Assembly (NCBI GenBank): GCA_035312185.1
Contig: DATGCI010000255.1
Span: 1-53,340 of the forward strand
From: a bacterium
Lineage (GTDB): Bacteria > Fidelibacterota > UBA2242 > JAFGTP01
Reading direction: 5' to 3'
DNA: 53,340 nt
Below the pieces are notes generated by a model. It worked only from the letters and a program-made list of their open reading frames with translations. It ran no database searches and was not told where the DNA came from. Shown one piece after another: positions 1-9,859 of the stretch (within the stretch, counting starts at the first letter, position 1; every line of letters starts with the position of its first letter). Position numbers and translations under genes: made by a program.

Positions 1-8
1 AAAAAGGC

Positions 9-1415
9 ATGCCCTTTTTTGTTAATCCCTATTATTTATCGCTGGTTGCTGTTGATGATAATCAAATCCCATCCGGAATTGATCAGACTATTCGTGATTA
101 CATGATTTATAGTGATGAGTTGATTGATGAATTCGGCGAAATTGTAGCCTGGGAAAAAGAAGACCAGGTCGAGCCTGGCAAGCCCAATGCTGCTGGTTGG
201 ATTTTACCAACTCGCCATAGTATGCATCGCCGCTATCCTAATGTTGCTATTTTGATTCCCGACACAATGGGACGAGCATGCGGCGGATTGTGTTCAACCT
301 GTCAGCGCATGTATGATTTTCAGCGGGGCCATCTTGACTTTGACTATGATAAGAAAAAACCCCAGGAAAGCTGGCCTGATAAATTAAATAGGCTCATGAA
401 TTATTTTAAAGAGGACTCGCAGCTAAGAGATATTTTGATAACTGGCGGTGATGCTCTGATGAGTTCCAACCAAAGTCTCCAACAAATCCTCGATGCTGTA
501 TATAAAATGGCTAGAAAGAAAAAAGAGGAAAATAAAGAACGGCCCCAGGGTAAAAAATATGCTGAAATGGTCAGGGTCAGGTTGGGAACTCGACTACCGG
601 TTTATTTGCCTCAGAGAATTGATGATGAGATGATAGAAATTTTACAGGATTTTAAGGAAAAAGCCCGAAAGGTCGGAATCAAGCAGTTTATTATCCAGAC
701 TCATATTGAATCGCCTCTGGAAATCACCGATCGTACCAGGGAAGCAGTTCAAAAGTTTCTCAAGGCTGGCTGGATTGTGACCAACCAACTTGTTTTTACC
801 GCTGCTGCCTCCAGAAGAGGACATACTGCTCAATTAAGGAAAATATTGAATGATATTGGGGTCTTGACCTATTATACTTTTTCTTGTAAAGGTTTTATGG
901 AAAATCATCACCACTTTGTACCTCATGCCAGAGCAGTGCAAGAGCAACTAGAAGAAAAAATATATGGTGTAGTCTCCAAGGATTCTCAGGAACAATTAAA
1001 TGACTTTACTGAAAATGTGCCTGATTTGAAGAAAAAAATTGATGAATTACGAGAAGAAGCGGATGTAGATTTTTTAAGCACTGATCGTAATATGCTAAAC
1101 CTACCAGCAGTTGGAAAAAGTTTAACTTTTCGCACAATAGGTCTGACCTGGGATGGACGCCGAATTCTGGAATTTGACCATGATCCCAATCGAGCTCACA
1201 GCCCTATAATTGAAAAAATGGGCAAAGTCGTTATTATCGAATCAAAATCCATATCTGACTATCTCAAACAACTCCAAGAAATGGGCGAAGATGTAGAGGA
1301 TTACAAAGGAGTCTATGGTTATTCCATGGGAGCAACAGAACAGCGGGCACCAATCTATCGATATCCTGAATATGATTTTGAAACTACAGACCGAATCTCA
1401 AATTTGGAAGTCTAG
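9..1415 (+). CDS. KamA-family radical SAM aminomutase-like protein (lysine 2,3-aminomutase family); frame is open to the window edge, so the N-terminus may be truncated
   Basis: CGGLCSTCQRMY gives the CxxxCxxC radical-SAM motif in KamA-type context, followed by ITGGDALM; 468-aa ORF; no stop upstream of the first ATG in frame. Confidence 0.7.
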   Translation: MPFFVNPYYLSLVAVDDNQIPSGIDQTIRDYMIYSDELIDEFGEIVAWEKEDQVEPGKPNAAGWILPTRHSMHRRYPNVAILIPDTMGRACGGLCSTCQRMYDFQRGHLDFDYDKKKPQESWPDKLNRLMNYFKEDSQLRDILITGGDALMSSNQSLQQILDAVYKMARKKKEENKERPQGKKYAEMVRVRLGTRLPVYLPQRIDDEMIEILQDFKEKARKVGIKQFIIQTHIESPLEITDRTREAVQKFLKAGWIVTNQLVFTAAASRRGHTAQLRKILNDIGVLTYYTFSCKGFMENHHHFVPHARAVQEQLEEKIYGVVSKDSQEQLNDFTENVPDLKKKIDELREEADVDFLSTDRNMLNLPAVGKSLTFRTIGLTWDGRRILEFDHDPNRAHSPIIEKMGKVVIIESKSISDYLKQLQEMGEDVEDYKGVYGYSMGATEQRAPIYRYPEYDFETTDRISNLEV

Positions 1416-1687
1416 AAAAATGGGTACAAAAAGACTGTCTATTTGATAATCATTTATAATTACCGCCAGACAAAGACCATTATCCCAAAAGAGCTTGTAA
1501 AATAGTGGGGAACAATTCTCCTATTTCCTGACTTTAAATTCTGAAGTGACGATTTTAAATATTAATGTAAATTGTTACATAAAAATATTTAAATTATTGC
1601 TTTATTCGCTGTTTAAAAATTATTAAAGTTGGTATACTAGAGATTGTCAATATTTAGTTGAATAGATTCGGGAGATGAAGAAGCAGG

Positions 1688-4318
1688 ATGACTAAAGTCA
1701 AACAGAATAAAGGTGCAACTCCGGTCATGCGGCAATTCTTTTCTGTTAAAGCTCAATATCCGGACGCCATTGTGCTCTTTAGAATGGGTGATTTTTACGA
1801 AACTTTTGAGGAAGATGCCAAGAAAACGGCGCGCATTTTAAATATTAATTTAACAAAAAGAAAAAATGGCAAAGCCTCCTCAGTGCCTTTGGCTGGTTTC
1901 CCTTATCATTCTCTCAATAATTATCTGCATAAATTGCTCAATGCCGGTTACAAAGTTGCAATTTGTGAACAGGTTGAAGATCCCAAAAAGGCCAAGACTG
2001 TAGTTAAAAGAGAAGTGGTCGAGGTCGTTACTCCCGGGACTGCTATGTCAGGCAAATACCTGGAGAATAATAAGAATAATTATCTAATTTCAGTCCAATT
2101 TCATCGCAAAGATGCGGGTATTTCTGCGATTGATGTTTCTACTGGAGAATTTATTCTGACTGAAGTCCACAAAGATAGAGTCAAGGAAAAGGTCATGGCT
2201 TTTGGCCCTTCTGAAATTATTTGCCCGGAGAAATACAAAGATGAAATCTATGAACTATTCTCCCGAACGGTTTTGCGGATAACTCCTCTTCCGGACTGGA
2301 TGTATGAATATGACGAAGCTTATCAGCGTCTGACTGAGCATTTTGAAGTTAGCAATCTAAAAGGCTTTGGTTGTGAAAATGCTGGTCTTGGAATTGGCTC
2401 TGCTGGAGCTATTCTTAACTATCTTCAGGAAAATTATCAGAATAATTTGTCCCATATTCCCAAAATTCAGTGGGAAAGCGATGATGATATCCTTGGCCTC
2501 GATGAATTCACTCAGAAAAATCTGGAAATTACCAGAACAATGCAGGGCGGCAGCAAAGAGGGTACGCTTCTCAATGTAATCAATGAAACAGTCTCACCTA
2601 TGGGATCCCGCCTTCTGAAAAAATGGCTGATCCGGCCTCTTCGCCGCATTAGCGAGATAAATTCCCGTCTTGATAAGGTTGGTTTTTACTTTCAGGATCG
2701 TGAGGAAAGAAGCCGAATAAGAGAAATCCTCAAAGAATGCGGCGATATTGAAAGATTGCTTGCCAAACTGAGTGCTGATCGAGCTAATGCTAAAGATATC
2801 TCACTGCTGGGCTACAGTCTCAAACTTTTGCCCGATATCGTTGCTAATATTAAGAATGAAGCCATATTTGAAGATATTATGGAACAGGTTGACTTTCTTG
2901 AGGAGGCTATTGAGCTCATTGATGAATCTCTCAAGGATGAAGAGGATTTGCCTGTTTCCATTCGAGAAGGTGGCTTCATTGCTGATGGATATAATGAACA
3001 ATTGGATGAATATCGTAGCCTGGTAAAAAATAGTAAGGATTGGATCGCACAGATGCAAAAAACTGAGCGGGAAAATCTGGACATTTCTTCTCTGAAAGTT
3101 GGCTATAATAAAGTACATGGCTATTACATAGAAGTAACTAAAACCCACACCGATAAAGTACCGGATAATTATATTAGAAAACAGACTCTGGTCAATTCTG
3201 AGCGCTACATTACAGAAGACTTAAAGGAGTATGAAGAGAAACTGCTCAGTGCTGAAGACAAAATTGGCGATCTGGAATATGAACTATTTCAGGAAATTCG
3301 GGAGAAATTGCTTGTTCATATTGAAGCTATACAAAAAGATGCTGCAGCAGTTGCTCAACTTGATGTATTTTCTAGCCTGGCGGAACTGGCAGAAGAAAAG
3401 GATTATTGTAAACCGGAAGTCAAAAATGATACAGAAATTCGCATCAAAGAAGGACGCCATCCTGTTGTTGAAGATTTGATGCCAGCTGGAGAAAAGTTCG
3501 TTACCAATGATCTCCATATAGATAATTTGCGCAAACAGATCTTCATAATCACCGGGCCCAATATGTCTGGTAAATCAACTTATTTGCGGCAGATTGGACT
3601 AATTGTCTTGATGGCTCAAATGGGTAGTTTTGTTCCGGCTTCAAAAGCTATCATTGGAGTGGTTGATAAAATTTTCACCAGAGTTGGGGCCAGCGATAAT
3701 CTGGCTGCCGGAGAATCTACCTTTATGACTGAGATGATCGAAGCCGCCAATATTCTCAATAATGCCACCAATCAATCGCTGGTCTTACTTGATGAAATTG
3801 GTCGGGGAACATCGACCTACGATGGAATGGCTCTGGCCTGGGCTATTACTGAGTATCTTCACAATAATGACAAAACTGCTGCAAAAACTCTTTTCGCAAC
3901 CCATTATCATGAACTAACGGAACTTGAGAAAATTTTACCACGAGTTATCAATTATAATGTGTCCGTAAAAGAATATGGTGATGAAATTGTCTTCATGCGC
4001 AAAGTTGTACCAGGAGCTTGTGACCAGAGTTATGGTGTGCATGTTGCTCGCATGGCCGGTCTTCCCAAGAAGATAATTCACCGTTCTAATGAAATTCTCA
4101 ATAATTTATCTTCCAGTGAAAAAGCGCTACCTGTGGATGGTGAAAATTTCAGACAACTCGATGATAATCCCAACCAAATAGACCTGTTTTCCCAAAAAGA
4201 TGAAGAAGCTGAAAAGTTGAAAAAGGAAATTGAATCTGTTGAAATTGATCATATGACTCCCATGCAGGCTCTCAAAAAATTAGACCAATTAAAAAAGGAT
4301 TACAGTTCGGAGCAATAA
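1688..4318 (+). CDS. mutS: DNA mismatch repair protein MutS
   Basis: N-terminal mismatch-binding motif GDFYETF; Walker A GPNMSGKST; STFMTEM; LLDEIGRGTSTYDG; 876 aa. Confidence 0.97.
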   Translation: MTKVKQNKGATPVMRQFFSVKAQYPDAIVLFRMGDFYETFEEDAKKTARILNINLTKRKNGKASSVPLAGFPYHSLNNYLHKLLNAGYKVAICEQVEDPKKAKTVVKREVVEVVTPGTAMSGKYLENNKNNYLISVQFHRKDAGISAIDVSTGEFILTEVHKDRVKEKVMAFGPSEIICPEKYKDEIYELFSRTVLRITPLPDWMYEYDEAYQRLTEHFEVSNLKGFGCENAGLGIGSAGAILNYLQENYQNNLSHIPKIQWESDDDILGLDEFTQKNLEITRTMQGGSKEGTLLNVINETVSPMGSRLLKKWLIRPLRRISEINSRLDKVGFYFQDREERSRIREILKECGDIERLLAKLSADRANAKDISLLGYSLKLLPDIVANIKNEAIFEDIMEQVDFLEEAIELIDESLKDEEDLPVSIREGGFIADGYNEQLDEYRSLVKNSKDWIAQMQKTERENLDISSLKVGYNKVHGYYIEVTKTHTDKVPDNYIRKQTLVNSERYITEDLKEYEEKLLSAEDKIGDLEYELFQEIREKLLVHIEAIQKDAAAVAQLDVFSSLAELAEEKDYCKPEVKNDTEIRIKEGRHPVVEDLMPAGEKFVTNDLHIDNLRKQIFIITGPNMSGKSTYLRQIGLIVLMAQMGSFVPASKAIIGVVDKIFTRVGASDNLAAGESTFMTEMIEAANILNNATNQSLVLLDEIGRGTSTYDGMALAWAITEYLHNNDKTAAKTLFATHYHELTELEKILPRVINYNVSVKEYGDEIVFMRKVVPGACDQSYGVHVARMAGLPKKIIHRSNEILNNLSSSEKALPVDGENFRQLDDNPNQIDLFSQKDEEAEKLKKEIESVEIDHMTPMQALKKLDQLKKDYSSEQ

Positions 4319-5359
4319 ATGAAAAACTTTGCCTATAAAAAGCCTTTAATATTTTTGGTGATCTTATATCTTACAGCTATTTTGCCTGTTTTTGGTTTTG
4401 GGGTCAAGTATGGAGATGAATTTCTCAGATTTGGTACGGGAGTTCGAGAAAATAGTCTTGGCGGGGCCGCTGTATCAAGTTCTGAGCCCGTAGTCGGTGC
4501 TTATTGGAACCCTGCCCTTGTTTCACAAACAAAACGCTTCAAGGCCCAAATTATGCACAGTGAAGAATTTGCTGGAGTTGTTAATAATGACCACTTTTTT
4601 GTTAATGTACCGGGAAAGAGAAATCTCAATTTTGCAGCCGGTTTTTTTCGTACAGGTGTAGATAATATTCCGGCTACTGCAAATACATTAATCGAATATG
4701 GAACAGAAAACGGTCAACTTGATGCTGGCGATCGGATTGATTATGATAAAATCTCCTATTTTAATGCTTCAGAATCAGCCTTTTTCCTGGCTGCAGCCCG
4801 TTCAATTTCTCATGATTTATCTGTTGGGGCAACCTTTAAGAGCATTCACAAAAATCTCTATGAACAGTATGCCTGGGGTTTTGGTCTGGATGCCGGAATT
4901 TTTTACCAACCACTAGAAAATTTGCAAACTGGTGCAGTCCTGCGTAATATTACAACGACATTTTTATTTTGGAATGATGGTGAGCGAGAAATTATCAAGC
5001 CTTCTTTGGCTGTGGGCGGTTCCTATGGAATGTCAATAAATTCACTAAAACTTAAAATCCGTCCTATGGTTGGTCTTGATATGGATCTGGAAGGTGAACA
5101 AAATAATGTGGATCTCAATCTTCAGACCATGAATGTCCGCTTAAGAAGTGGATTGGAAATTGTGTACAACCAATTGATCGCCATTCGAGCCGGTCGCGAT
5201 GATCTGGGCAGCTTTCATCTGGGATGTGGACTGAAAACTCCCTATGGCAATCTGGATTATGGTTTTGCTATGGGGCAGGGCTATTCCGATCTAGGTAATT
5301 CCCATAGATTGGGTTTGACTCTTGATATTAGAGCGATTCAGAATTTTATTACGGAATAA
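4319..5359 (+). CDS. Outer-membrane beta-barrel protein, PorV/PorQ-like
   Basis: Signal-peptide-like N-terminus MKNFAYKKPLIFLVILYLTAILPVFG; LGGAAV...YWNPAL motif and alternating Gly/aromatic pattern; ATG abuts the mutS stop. Confidence 0.45.
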   Translation: MKNFAYKKPLIFLVILYLTAILPVFGFGVKYGDEFLRFGTGVRENSLGGAAVSSSEPVVGAYWNPALVSQTKRFKAQIMHSEEFAGVVNNDHFFVNVPGKRNLNFAAGFFRTGVDNIPATANTLIEYGTENGQLDAGDRIDYDKISYFNASESAFFLAAARSISHDLSVGATFKSIHKNLYEQYAWGFGLDAGIFYQPLENLQTGAVLRNITTTFLFWNDGEREIIKPSLAVGGSYGMSINSLKLKIRPMVGLDMDLEGEQNNVDLNLQTMNVRLRSGLEIVYNQLIAIRAGRDDLGSFHLGCGLKTPYGNLDYGFAMGQGYSDLGNSHRLGLTLDIRAIQNFITE

Positions 5360-5423
5360 TTTTTCATCAGTAGTAGCATAGAAACTTGCAATTAAGAGTA
5401 TAAAGGCATTAATTTAGAAATAT

Positions 5424-6680
5424 ATGATTACTACTTATATTAACTTTGGTATATTATTTGTCCTGCTTTTTTTGTCAGGGTTTTTCTCCGGTTCTGAAAC
5501 GGCTCTATTTTCTCTCACCGAGTTGCAGAAGAAAAATCTGCGGAGTAAAACGCCTGACAAAGGCACGAAAATCAGCAATTTGCTGGAAAATCCGGGCAAA
5601 TTGATCATTACCATTATCCTTGGGAATGAATTTGTAAATGTGGCAATATCAACACTTTCAGCAGGATTGATCATCACTATTTTTAATCAAGAAGTGCCCT
5701 GGATCAACATCTTTATCGTCTTGCCCACAATCTTACTTTTTGGCGAAATTGTACCTAAAACTTTTGCTATCAATAATAATGAAAAATTTTCCCGTCTAAT
5801 AGCCTCGCCTTTGACTCTTTTCAATAAGCTTATCACGCCTTTTCGTTGGCTAATCCATCATGTTTCCGATGCGATTGTCAATATTTTTGTGCGGGAAGAA
5901 TCCCGGGGTGGCAATATTCTAACCGAGGATGTTGTCAAGACGATTATAGAAGAAGGTGAAAAAGAGGGCGTTCTTGATCGTGAAGAAAAATATTATATTA
6001 ATAAGATATTTGACTTTGGAGACACACTTTTACGGGATATTATGACGCCTCGCTCCAATTTATTTGTTCTGCCGATTGATATGAATCTTAGTGAAATGAT
6101 CACTAAGATCAAGGAAAATCATTATTCGGCTGTCCCTATTTATAAAAATAATATTGATAATATTCAGGGAATAATTTTTGCTACAGATCTAATTGGTTTG
6201 ACAGAGGAGGAAATCAATAATTCCGCCGAGACTATTCAGAGGCTGCTGAGAAAACCTGTTTTCATTTCGGAAGCAACCCGGGCTGATGAGATGTTCAAAA
6301 AATTTCAGCAGCAAAAGATTTCAAAGGCTATCACCATTGACGAATACGGTGGTGTACGAGGAATGATAACGATGGAAGACCTGCTGGAAGTTATTTTCGG
6401 CGACATTATCGATGAATATGAGGTCAATGATAAAAAATACAAGCAGATTGCTCCTGATCAATATACTATGGATGGTGATCTCACACTGGAAGAGTTCAAC
6501 AAACTTTTTGATTCTGATTTTAGTTCCGAATACATTGAAACTCTAGGTGGCTTTTTACTGAATATTTTTGGAGAATTGCCGGATCAGAATGCCACGATTT
6601 ATTATTCCGATTTTTATTTCAAGGTCGCAGAAGTGGAAAATAATAAGATAAAAAAAGTAAGGGTGAAAAAAGTAAAATAA
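5424..6680 (+). CDS. CNNM/HlyC-CorC family membrane protein (DUF21 - CBS pair - CorC_HlyC)
   Basis: N-terminal TM region with GSETALFSL; CBS-pair region; C-terminal CorC-type domain; 418 aa. Confidence 0.85.
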   Translation: MITTYINFGILFVLLFLSGFFSGSETALFSLTELQKKNLRSKTPDKGTKISNLLENPGKLIITIILGNEFVNVAISTLSAGLIITIFNQEVPWINIFIVLPTILLFGEIVPKTFAINNNEKFSRLIASPLTLFNKLITPFRWLIHHVSDAIVNIFVREESRGGNILTEDVVKTIIEEGEKEGVLDREEKYYINKIFDFGDTLLRDIMTPRSNLFVLPIDMNLSEMITKIKENHYSAVPIYKNNIDNIQGIIFATDLIGLTEEEINNSAETIQRLLRKPVFISEATRADEMFKKFQQQKISKAITIDEYGGVRGMITMEDLLEVIFGDIIDEYEVNDKKYKQIAPDQYTMDGDLTLEEFNKLFDSDFSSEYIETLGGFLLNIFGELPDQNATIYYSDFYFKVAEVENNKIKKVRVKKVK

Positions 6681-7921
6681 TGTCAGTAGCTGCCTCGCTC
6701 ATAATAATTCTAATCTGTGTAATTGGTGAAGCCTTTTTCTCTGGTTCGGAAATAGCTCTTGTATCAGTTGACAAAATTAAAATGCGTCATCAAGCCCAGC
6801 AAGGCCAAAGTGCTGCCCAATTGATTACTAAAACAATCAAATCACCTGAGAAAATTTTGGGGACTACACTTCTGGGAACTAATGTATTTACTGCTACAAA
6901 TACCACTGTGGCTGCGTCTATGTTTTACAAATTACTGGGGCCTCCAGGAATTACAGTCTCTTTGATCACTATGGCTTTTGTCAATTGGATTTTCTGTGAA
7001 ATCGTTCCCAAAAGCGTTTTTCAGCAACTTTCCGATAAAATAACTCCGAAAATCATTTACCCATTGAAATTTTTCTATTATCTGTTTTTTCCAGTTGTAT
7101 GGTTTTTTACGACTGTAGCCGGATTTTTAACTACAATTCTGCAGGGCGGAAAAGCTGATCAGGATAATACTTTTGTCAGCCGCAACGAACTTAAAAGTCT
7201 GATGAAAATGAAGCATTCAAAAAGTGATGTAAAGCCTGGCGAAAAACAGATGATCAGCAAAATGCTGGATTTCAACGAAATTGAAGTCGGTGAAATTTTC
7301 AACCATCTTAGTAATGTGGCAGCAATTAGTAGAGATTCCACGGTGGAAGAAGCCATCCAAAAATTTAAAAACACAAAGCATCGGCGCTTGCCTGTCTATA
7401 AAAACCGGATAGATAAAATAGTCGGCATTATTAATAGTTTTGATATTATGGCGGAGGACAAAAATAAAAAGATTAAATTCTATGTTCGTCCGGCATTTTA
7501 TGTCCCTCCTTCTAAAAAGATCGCTGTTCTTCTAGAAGAATTACAAACGAATGGTCGCAATATGGCTATTGTTGTTGATGAATTTGGCGGAGCTGAGGGT
7601 ATCATTACTATTGAAGATATTTTGGAAGAAGTTGTCGGTGAAATTGAAGATGAATATGACCGGCAAAAAAGGCGCTATCGGATTACAGAAGATGGAGCCT
7701 TTATTCTTGATGCTCACATTGAACTTGATATAATCAATAGCGAACTAGAACTCGATCTTCCAGAAGGTGACTATGAAACTCTGGCCGGACTGGTCTCGCA
7801 TCATTTCAGAAGAATCCCTCAGGACGGCGAAAGTATTCAGGTTGAAAATTATCAGATCGATGTTCTCAAAGCCAATCAAAGAGCTGTGATGAAAGTTAAG
7901 ATAAAAGAAATTGAGGAATAG
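6680..7921 (+). CDS. CNNM/HlyC-CorC family membrane protein, tandem paralog
   Basis: GSEIALVSV in the N-terminal TM region, CBS pair, CorC-type C-terminus; start overlaps the stop of the preceding paralog. Confidence 0.85.
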   Translation: MSVAASLIIILICVIGEAFFSGSEIALVSVDKIKMRHQAQQGQSAAQLITKTIKSPEKILGTTLLGTNVFTATNTTVAASMFYKLLGPPGITVSLITMAFVNWIFCEIVPKSVFQQLSDKITPKIIYPLKFFYYLFFPVVWFFTTVAGFLTTILQGGKADQDNTFVSRNELKSLMKMKHSKSDVKPGEKQMISKMLDFNEIEVGEIFNHLSNVAAISRDSTVEEAIQKFKNTKHRRLPVYKNRIDKIVGIINSFDIMAEDKNKKIKFYVRPAFYVPPSKKIAVLLEELQTNGRNMAIVVDEFGGAEGIITIEDILEEVVGEIEDEYDRQKRRYRITEDGAFILDAHIELDIINSELELDLPEGDYETLAGLVSHHFRRIPQDGESIQVENYQIDVLKANQRAVMKVKIKEIEE

Positions 7922-7994
7922 TACTTTTATTTTTTTTTATTTTGATAATATCAAAAGATTAGTAAACTTTAATTCTATTTTGATAAATAAGTAT

Positions 7995-9845
7995 TTAATC
8001 AGAAAGATATTCATTAATTCCTTCGGCAGCAAGTTTAGCATCGGAAATTGCAGTAACAGCGTCTAGATTTGTATTTACAATATCTCCACCAGCAAAAACA
8101 TTGGGAATAGATGTCATCCCATTTTTATCAATTGCCACTTTTTTTCTTTTAGTAAATTCAAGTTCTTTTTCGTATTTACCTAAAAATGAAAAATCAGGTC
8201 TCTGGCCAATAGCCTCTATGATCATGTCGCCTCTAATAAATTTGGTATTGTTTTCATTGTAAGTTGGTGAAAAGCGGCCATTTTCATCAAATACTGATTC
8301 TACTTTTTTACATTCTAATCCTTTAATTTTTCCATTCTCATTAAGGACGACTTCTTTCGGTCCCCAGGTAGGATTGAACTGAATGCCTTCCTCTTTCGCT
8401 TCTGTGATTTCTTCCTCTGTAGCGGGAATTTCATCCCAGCATTCCAGACAAACAGTTTTGGTTTTTACTTTTTCCTTGGGATGTTGCATATGCTGAAGCC
8501 GTATCGATTCACGAGCCACATCCATGGCAACATTGCCTCCGCCAATAACAATAACCTCTTTCCCAACTTTTCTTTGTTCACCGACCTTGTTATCCTTCAG
8601 AAAATCAAGGGCTTGTTGACATCTATCTGAATTTTTAACTCCTGTAGAAAAACTTACTGTATTACCTATTCCTAAAAATACAGAATCGTAATTTTCCAAT
8701 AATTTTTCAAATTCTATATCTTCACCCACTTGAGTGTCGAATTGAAATTGAACTCCAAGTGATTCTATATAATTCACATCTTTATCAATACTTTCCAGTG
8801 GCAATCTGTATGTTGGTGGCCCTGTTCTGAGTGCCCCCCCACCGCCGGAAAGTTCCTCAAACACGATGACTCTATGTCCTTGTAAACGCAGAAAATAGGC
8901 CAATGAGAGTCCACTTGGTCCGGCTCCAATAATGGCAATTTTTTTACCAGTAGGTTTTCCTGGTTGTATTTCAAGTGCCTCCTTGTAATTTTTGACCGTG
9001 TCTGCGGCATAACGTTTAAGCCATCTGATGGCTAGGGAATCACCTTGAATTTTTAATGAACAGGCATCTTCACAATACTTCATGCAGACCCGCCCACAAA
9101 TTGATGGAATAGGATTGTCTTCGTATATTTTATTTAAAGATTTCTCGGGTTTATTTTTAGCGATGGCATCAATATAATCAGAAATTTTCAAATGGGCAGG
9201 ACAGGCTTCTTCACAAAGTCCACATTCGAGACACCGGTAGGCCTCTTCTATAGCTTGATTCTTATTATAGCCCAGCACCTGTTCAATAAAAGATAGTTTC
9301 CTCTTCTCTGGAGGTATCTGAGGCATTTCAATTCTATCCGGTTCAAAAAGAGCATATTCCAATTTAGGTGCAAATCCCTGATAATTTTCTTTTCTGTGGT
9401 TGAGGCTGGCCTTTAAGACTGAATAATCATCACCAGATACAAAATTTTCTTGATCAACTTTTTCATTTTTAGGAATAAAAGTAAAAGTATCAGTATTAAA
9501 ATGAATATGAAAATAATCTCTGGTTAATGATAGGGATCCGGGAGGACAAATATCAACACAAAGACCACAAAAACAGCATCTACCATAATCAAGTTTGGGG
9601 CGTTCGTCCTTGATCCCCTCATCAGGCTTAGCCACTAATTCTGAGATTTTAACCATTTCTATAGCTTCGTTAGGGCAAATGTCAGCACAATTACCACAAC
9701 CAGTGCATTTTTCCCAGTCATTAGTGTGAAACCCCCTATATCTGGAGGCTGGTTCTTTTAATTCAAAGGGATATTGTAAAGTTTTTGGTTTTTGAAATAA
9801 AAATTTTATGGCTTTAAAGGGATTTAATAAACTCGTTTTTGACAT
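7995..9845 (-). CDS. Fusion protein: NuoI/MbxN-like 2x[4Fe-4S] subunit plus GltD/NfnB/SudA-like FAD/NAD(P)H oxidoreductase
   Basis: N-terminus has CTGCGNCADICP and CCFCGLCVDICP. Middle has RCLECGLCEEACP and ICGRVCMKYCEDAC, the GltD N-domain pattern. Then IAIIGAGPSGLSLA (FAD fold) and VIVIGGGNVAMDVA (NAD(P)H fold). Confidence 0.8.
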   Translation of the reverse strand: MSKTSLLNPFKAIKFLFQKPKTLQYPFELKEPASRYRGFHTNDWEKCTGCGNCADICPNEAIEMVKISELVAKPDEGIKDERPKLDYGRCCFCGLCVDICPPGSLSLTRDYFHIHFNTDTFTFIPKNEKVDQENFVSGDDYSVLKASLNHRKENYQGFAPKLEYALFEPDRIEMPQIPPEKRKLSFIEQVLGYNKNQAIEEAYRCLECGLCEEACPAHLKISDYIDAIAKNKPEKSLNKIYEDNPIPSICGRVCMKYCEDACSLKIQGDSLAIRWLKRYAADTVKNYKEALEIQPGKPTGKKIAIIGAGPSGLSLAYFLRLQGHRVIVFEELSGGGGALRTGPPTYRLPLESIDKDVNYIESLGVQFQFDTQVGEDIEFEKLLENYDSVFLGIGNTVSFSTGVKNSDRCQQALDFLKDNKVGEQRKVGKEVIVIGGGNVAMDVARESIRLQHMQHPKEKVKTKTVCLECWDEIPATEEEITEAKEEGIQFNPTWGPKEVVLNENGKIKGLECKKVESVFDENGRFSPTYNENNTKFIRGDMIIEAIGQRPDFSFLGKYEKELEFTKRKKVAIDKNGMTSIPNVFAGGDIVNTNLDAVTAISDAKLAAEGINEYLSD

Positions 9846-9859
9846 TTAATATAACCTCT

